Below are positions 62,605-64,000 of a DNA stretch of 64,000 bases, piece by piece. Each line of letters opens with the position of its first letter. Position 1 is the stretch's first letter. Below the pieces are notes generated by a model. The model was not told the origin of the DNA. It made no database searches and was given only the letters and a program-made list of their open reading frames with translations. The translations under genes were made by a program, and so were the position numbers. Source of the stretch: Clostridia bacterium (GTDB taxonomy: Bacteria > Bacillota > Clostridia > Christensenellales > Borkfalkiaceae); the NCBI GenBank assembly GCA_029066845.1, contig JAIEFR010000017.1, positions 56,805 through 120,804 on the forward strand, written 5' to 3'.

Positions 62605-64000
62605 TTGAAAGCAATAAAAGGCAAACCCTTCTTTGCGGGCATCCACGTCCACGACAAAAAGTCGCTTTCGTGCGGAATGGCTACGGAGGTTATGCCCGCG
62701 CCCGAGGAGGTCTATATCTCCCTCTCGCAATCGCTGGGCAAACCCGCGGCGGCCTGCGTTGAAAAGGGACAGAAAGTCAAAGAGGGCGAACTGATAGCCA
62801 AAGCCGACGGCGCCATATCTTCGGACGTGTTTGCAAGCGTTGCGGGCGAAGTCGTGGATATAAAGCCCCTTTCGGGTGCGAACGGTCAAACCGAAACCTA
62901 TATCGTCATTAAAGGCGACGGCAGCGGCGAAAAGGCGTACCTGCCCCCCTTGACTGACCCCGACGGCGAGGCGATTAAACAGCGCATCAAGGAGTGCGGC
63001 ATCGTAGGTCTGGGCGGCGCGGGCTTCCCCGCTGCGGTTAAGGTTGCGCCCAGAACGCCCGTTGACACGCTTATTTTAAACGGCGCGGAGTGCGAACCAT
63101 ACCTCACCTGCGACCACAGGCTTATGCTTGAAAACACCGACGAGATTGCGCGCGGCGCGCGGCTGATTGCCAAGGCGCTGGGCGTGGACAAGATTATAAT
63201 CGGTATAGAGGCGAACAAGCCCGACTGCATTGCGGCGTTTGAAAAGTACGACGACATTCAGCCCGTAATACTCAAAAAGCAGTACCCTATGGGAAGCGAA
63301 AAGCACCTCATATACGTGACCACGGGCAGAAAGGTCGGCATCGGCAAGCTGCCTGCGGACAGCGGCGTTGTAGTGCAGAACGTTGCAACGGCGTTTGCGG
63401 TGTGCGAGGCGGTTGAAAAGGGCAAGCCCCTCTACGAAAGAATTCTTACCGTTTCGGGCGGAGCCGTAAAACAGCCCAAGAACCTTTGGGTGAAGGTCGG
63501 CACTCCCGTTAAGGCTATAGTTGACTACTGCGGCGGCGAGAGCGAACCGCCCCGTAAAGTTATTCAGGGCGGACCTATGACCGGACTTGCGCTTGCCACT
63601 TACGACGTGTACACGCACAAGACGACTTCGGGCGTGCTGCTTATGACCGCTAAGGAAGCGGCTGCCGAGGATCCCACCCCCTGCCTCAACTGCGGTATGT
63701 GCGCGGACGTCTGCCCTATGCACCTGATGCCTATGCAGACGGCGTTCTATTCGGCGGCGGGCAATTTCGAGGCGGCGGCAAAGCTGGGCAACACGCTTGC
63801 TTGCATAGAGTGCGGCGCGTGCGAATACACCTGCCCCGCAAAGAGGCCGCTTATCCAGGCGATAAGAAAGACCAAGGCGTATATACGTACGCAGAAGGCG
63901 CCCAACGTACCCCACGACAAACACGTGGACCAGAAGGGCAGGTCGGCGCCTACCGTTCCCTTAACCGAGGACGGCAAGATAGCCGAGCAACCCAAAGAAA
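62605..64000 (+). CDS. rnfC: Rnf complex subunit RnfC (partial; continues beyond the window)
   Basis: Absent from the track (no stop in the window). TTG 62605 lies 7 nt after AAGGAGG. Translation includes GLGGAGFP, NGAECEPYLTCD and two 4Fe-4S motifs (CLNCGMCADVCP, CIECGACEYTCP). Confidence 0.9.
   Translation, partial: MKAIKGKPFFAGIHVHDKKSLSCGMATEVMPAPEEVYISLSQSLGKPAAACVEKGQKVKEGELIAKADGAISSDVFASVAGEVVDIKPLSGANGQTETYIVIKGDGSGEKAYLPPLTDPDGEAIKQRIKECGIVGLGGAGFPAAVKVAPRTPVDTLILNGAECEPYLTCDHRLMLENTDEIARGARLIAKALGVDKIIIGIEANKPDCIAAFEKYDDIQPVILKKQYPMGSEKHLIYVTTGRKVGIGKLPADSGVVVQNVATAFAVCEAVEKGKPLYERILTVSGGAVKQPKNLWVKVGTPVKAIVDYCGGESEPPRKVIQGGPMTGLALATYDVYTHKTTSGVLLMTAKEAAAEDPTPCLNCGMCADVCPMHLMPMQTAFYSAAGNFEAAAKLGNTLACIECGACEYTCPAKRPLIQAIRKTKAYIRTQKAPNVPHDKHVDQKGRSAPTVPLTEDGKIAEQPKE

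Noticed and set aside
63076-63924. 282-aa minus-strand ORF, plus 62320-62889 and 62898-63257
   Set aside because: They are antisense to rnfC, which is absent from the track only because it has no stop within the window. rnfC motifs are unambiguous on the plus strand.
1-64000. CRISPR arrays, rRNA genes, IS/transposase genes, and known riboswitches (TPP, cobalamin, c-di-GMP, ZTP, preQ1, T-box) in intergenic regions
   Set aside because: I scanned the intergenic regions by eye. There were no regularly spaced direct repeats, no rRNA-like segments, no transposase motifs, and no match to the riboswitch cores I can recall. A covariance-model scan would be needed to be definitive.

Overview
The window looks like a moderately GC-rich, spore-forming Clostridia-type Firmicute chromosome; this is inferred from gene content and not from any search. 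Most of it is conserved housekeeping synteny. One block is mnmE, truA-ecfT-ecfAA', and pyruvate:ferredoxin oxidoreductase. A second is ppdK followed by recO-yqzL-era-ybeY-pgpH-phoH-yqfD-yqfC. A third is engB-lon-clpX-clpP-tig, then rqcH and the start of rnfC.

The main accessory region is a visibly AT-rich stretch of about 9 kb (about 10.7-19.9 kb) directly downstream of a tRNA-Ala(CGC) gene.
- Its first 5.6 kb is bounded by an exact 19-nt duplication of the tRNA 3' end.
- That part carries a large serine recombinase and a two-tyrosine (phiX174/P2-type) HUH rolling-circle Rep.
- It also carries an intergenic region with iteron-like repeats, a perfect hairpin and two GC-rich extended hairpins (candidate dso/sso), plus a four-gene cargo operon of small unknown proteins.
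- The remaining AT-rich block has no recombinase. It encodes an XRE regulator, two metallophosphoesterases, TspO and a DUF3592-type protein.

Other points worth follow-up:
- A repeat of about 125 nt is present twice (lon leader region and rnfC leader), with compensatory base changes in two stems.
- A MinD-like protein has both Walker-A lysines replaced. It is coupled to a short MinE-like ORF and sits divergent from a 2177-aa lipoprotein.
- A four-gene, translationally coupled partner-switching sigma module contains two anti-sigma-like proteins.

No rRNA, CRISPR array or transposase was seen. All calls rest on reading the sequence and recalled family motifs. No database search or computation was run.
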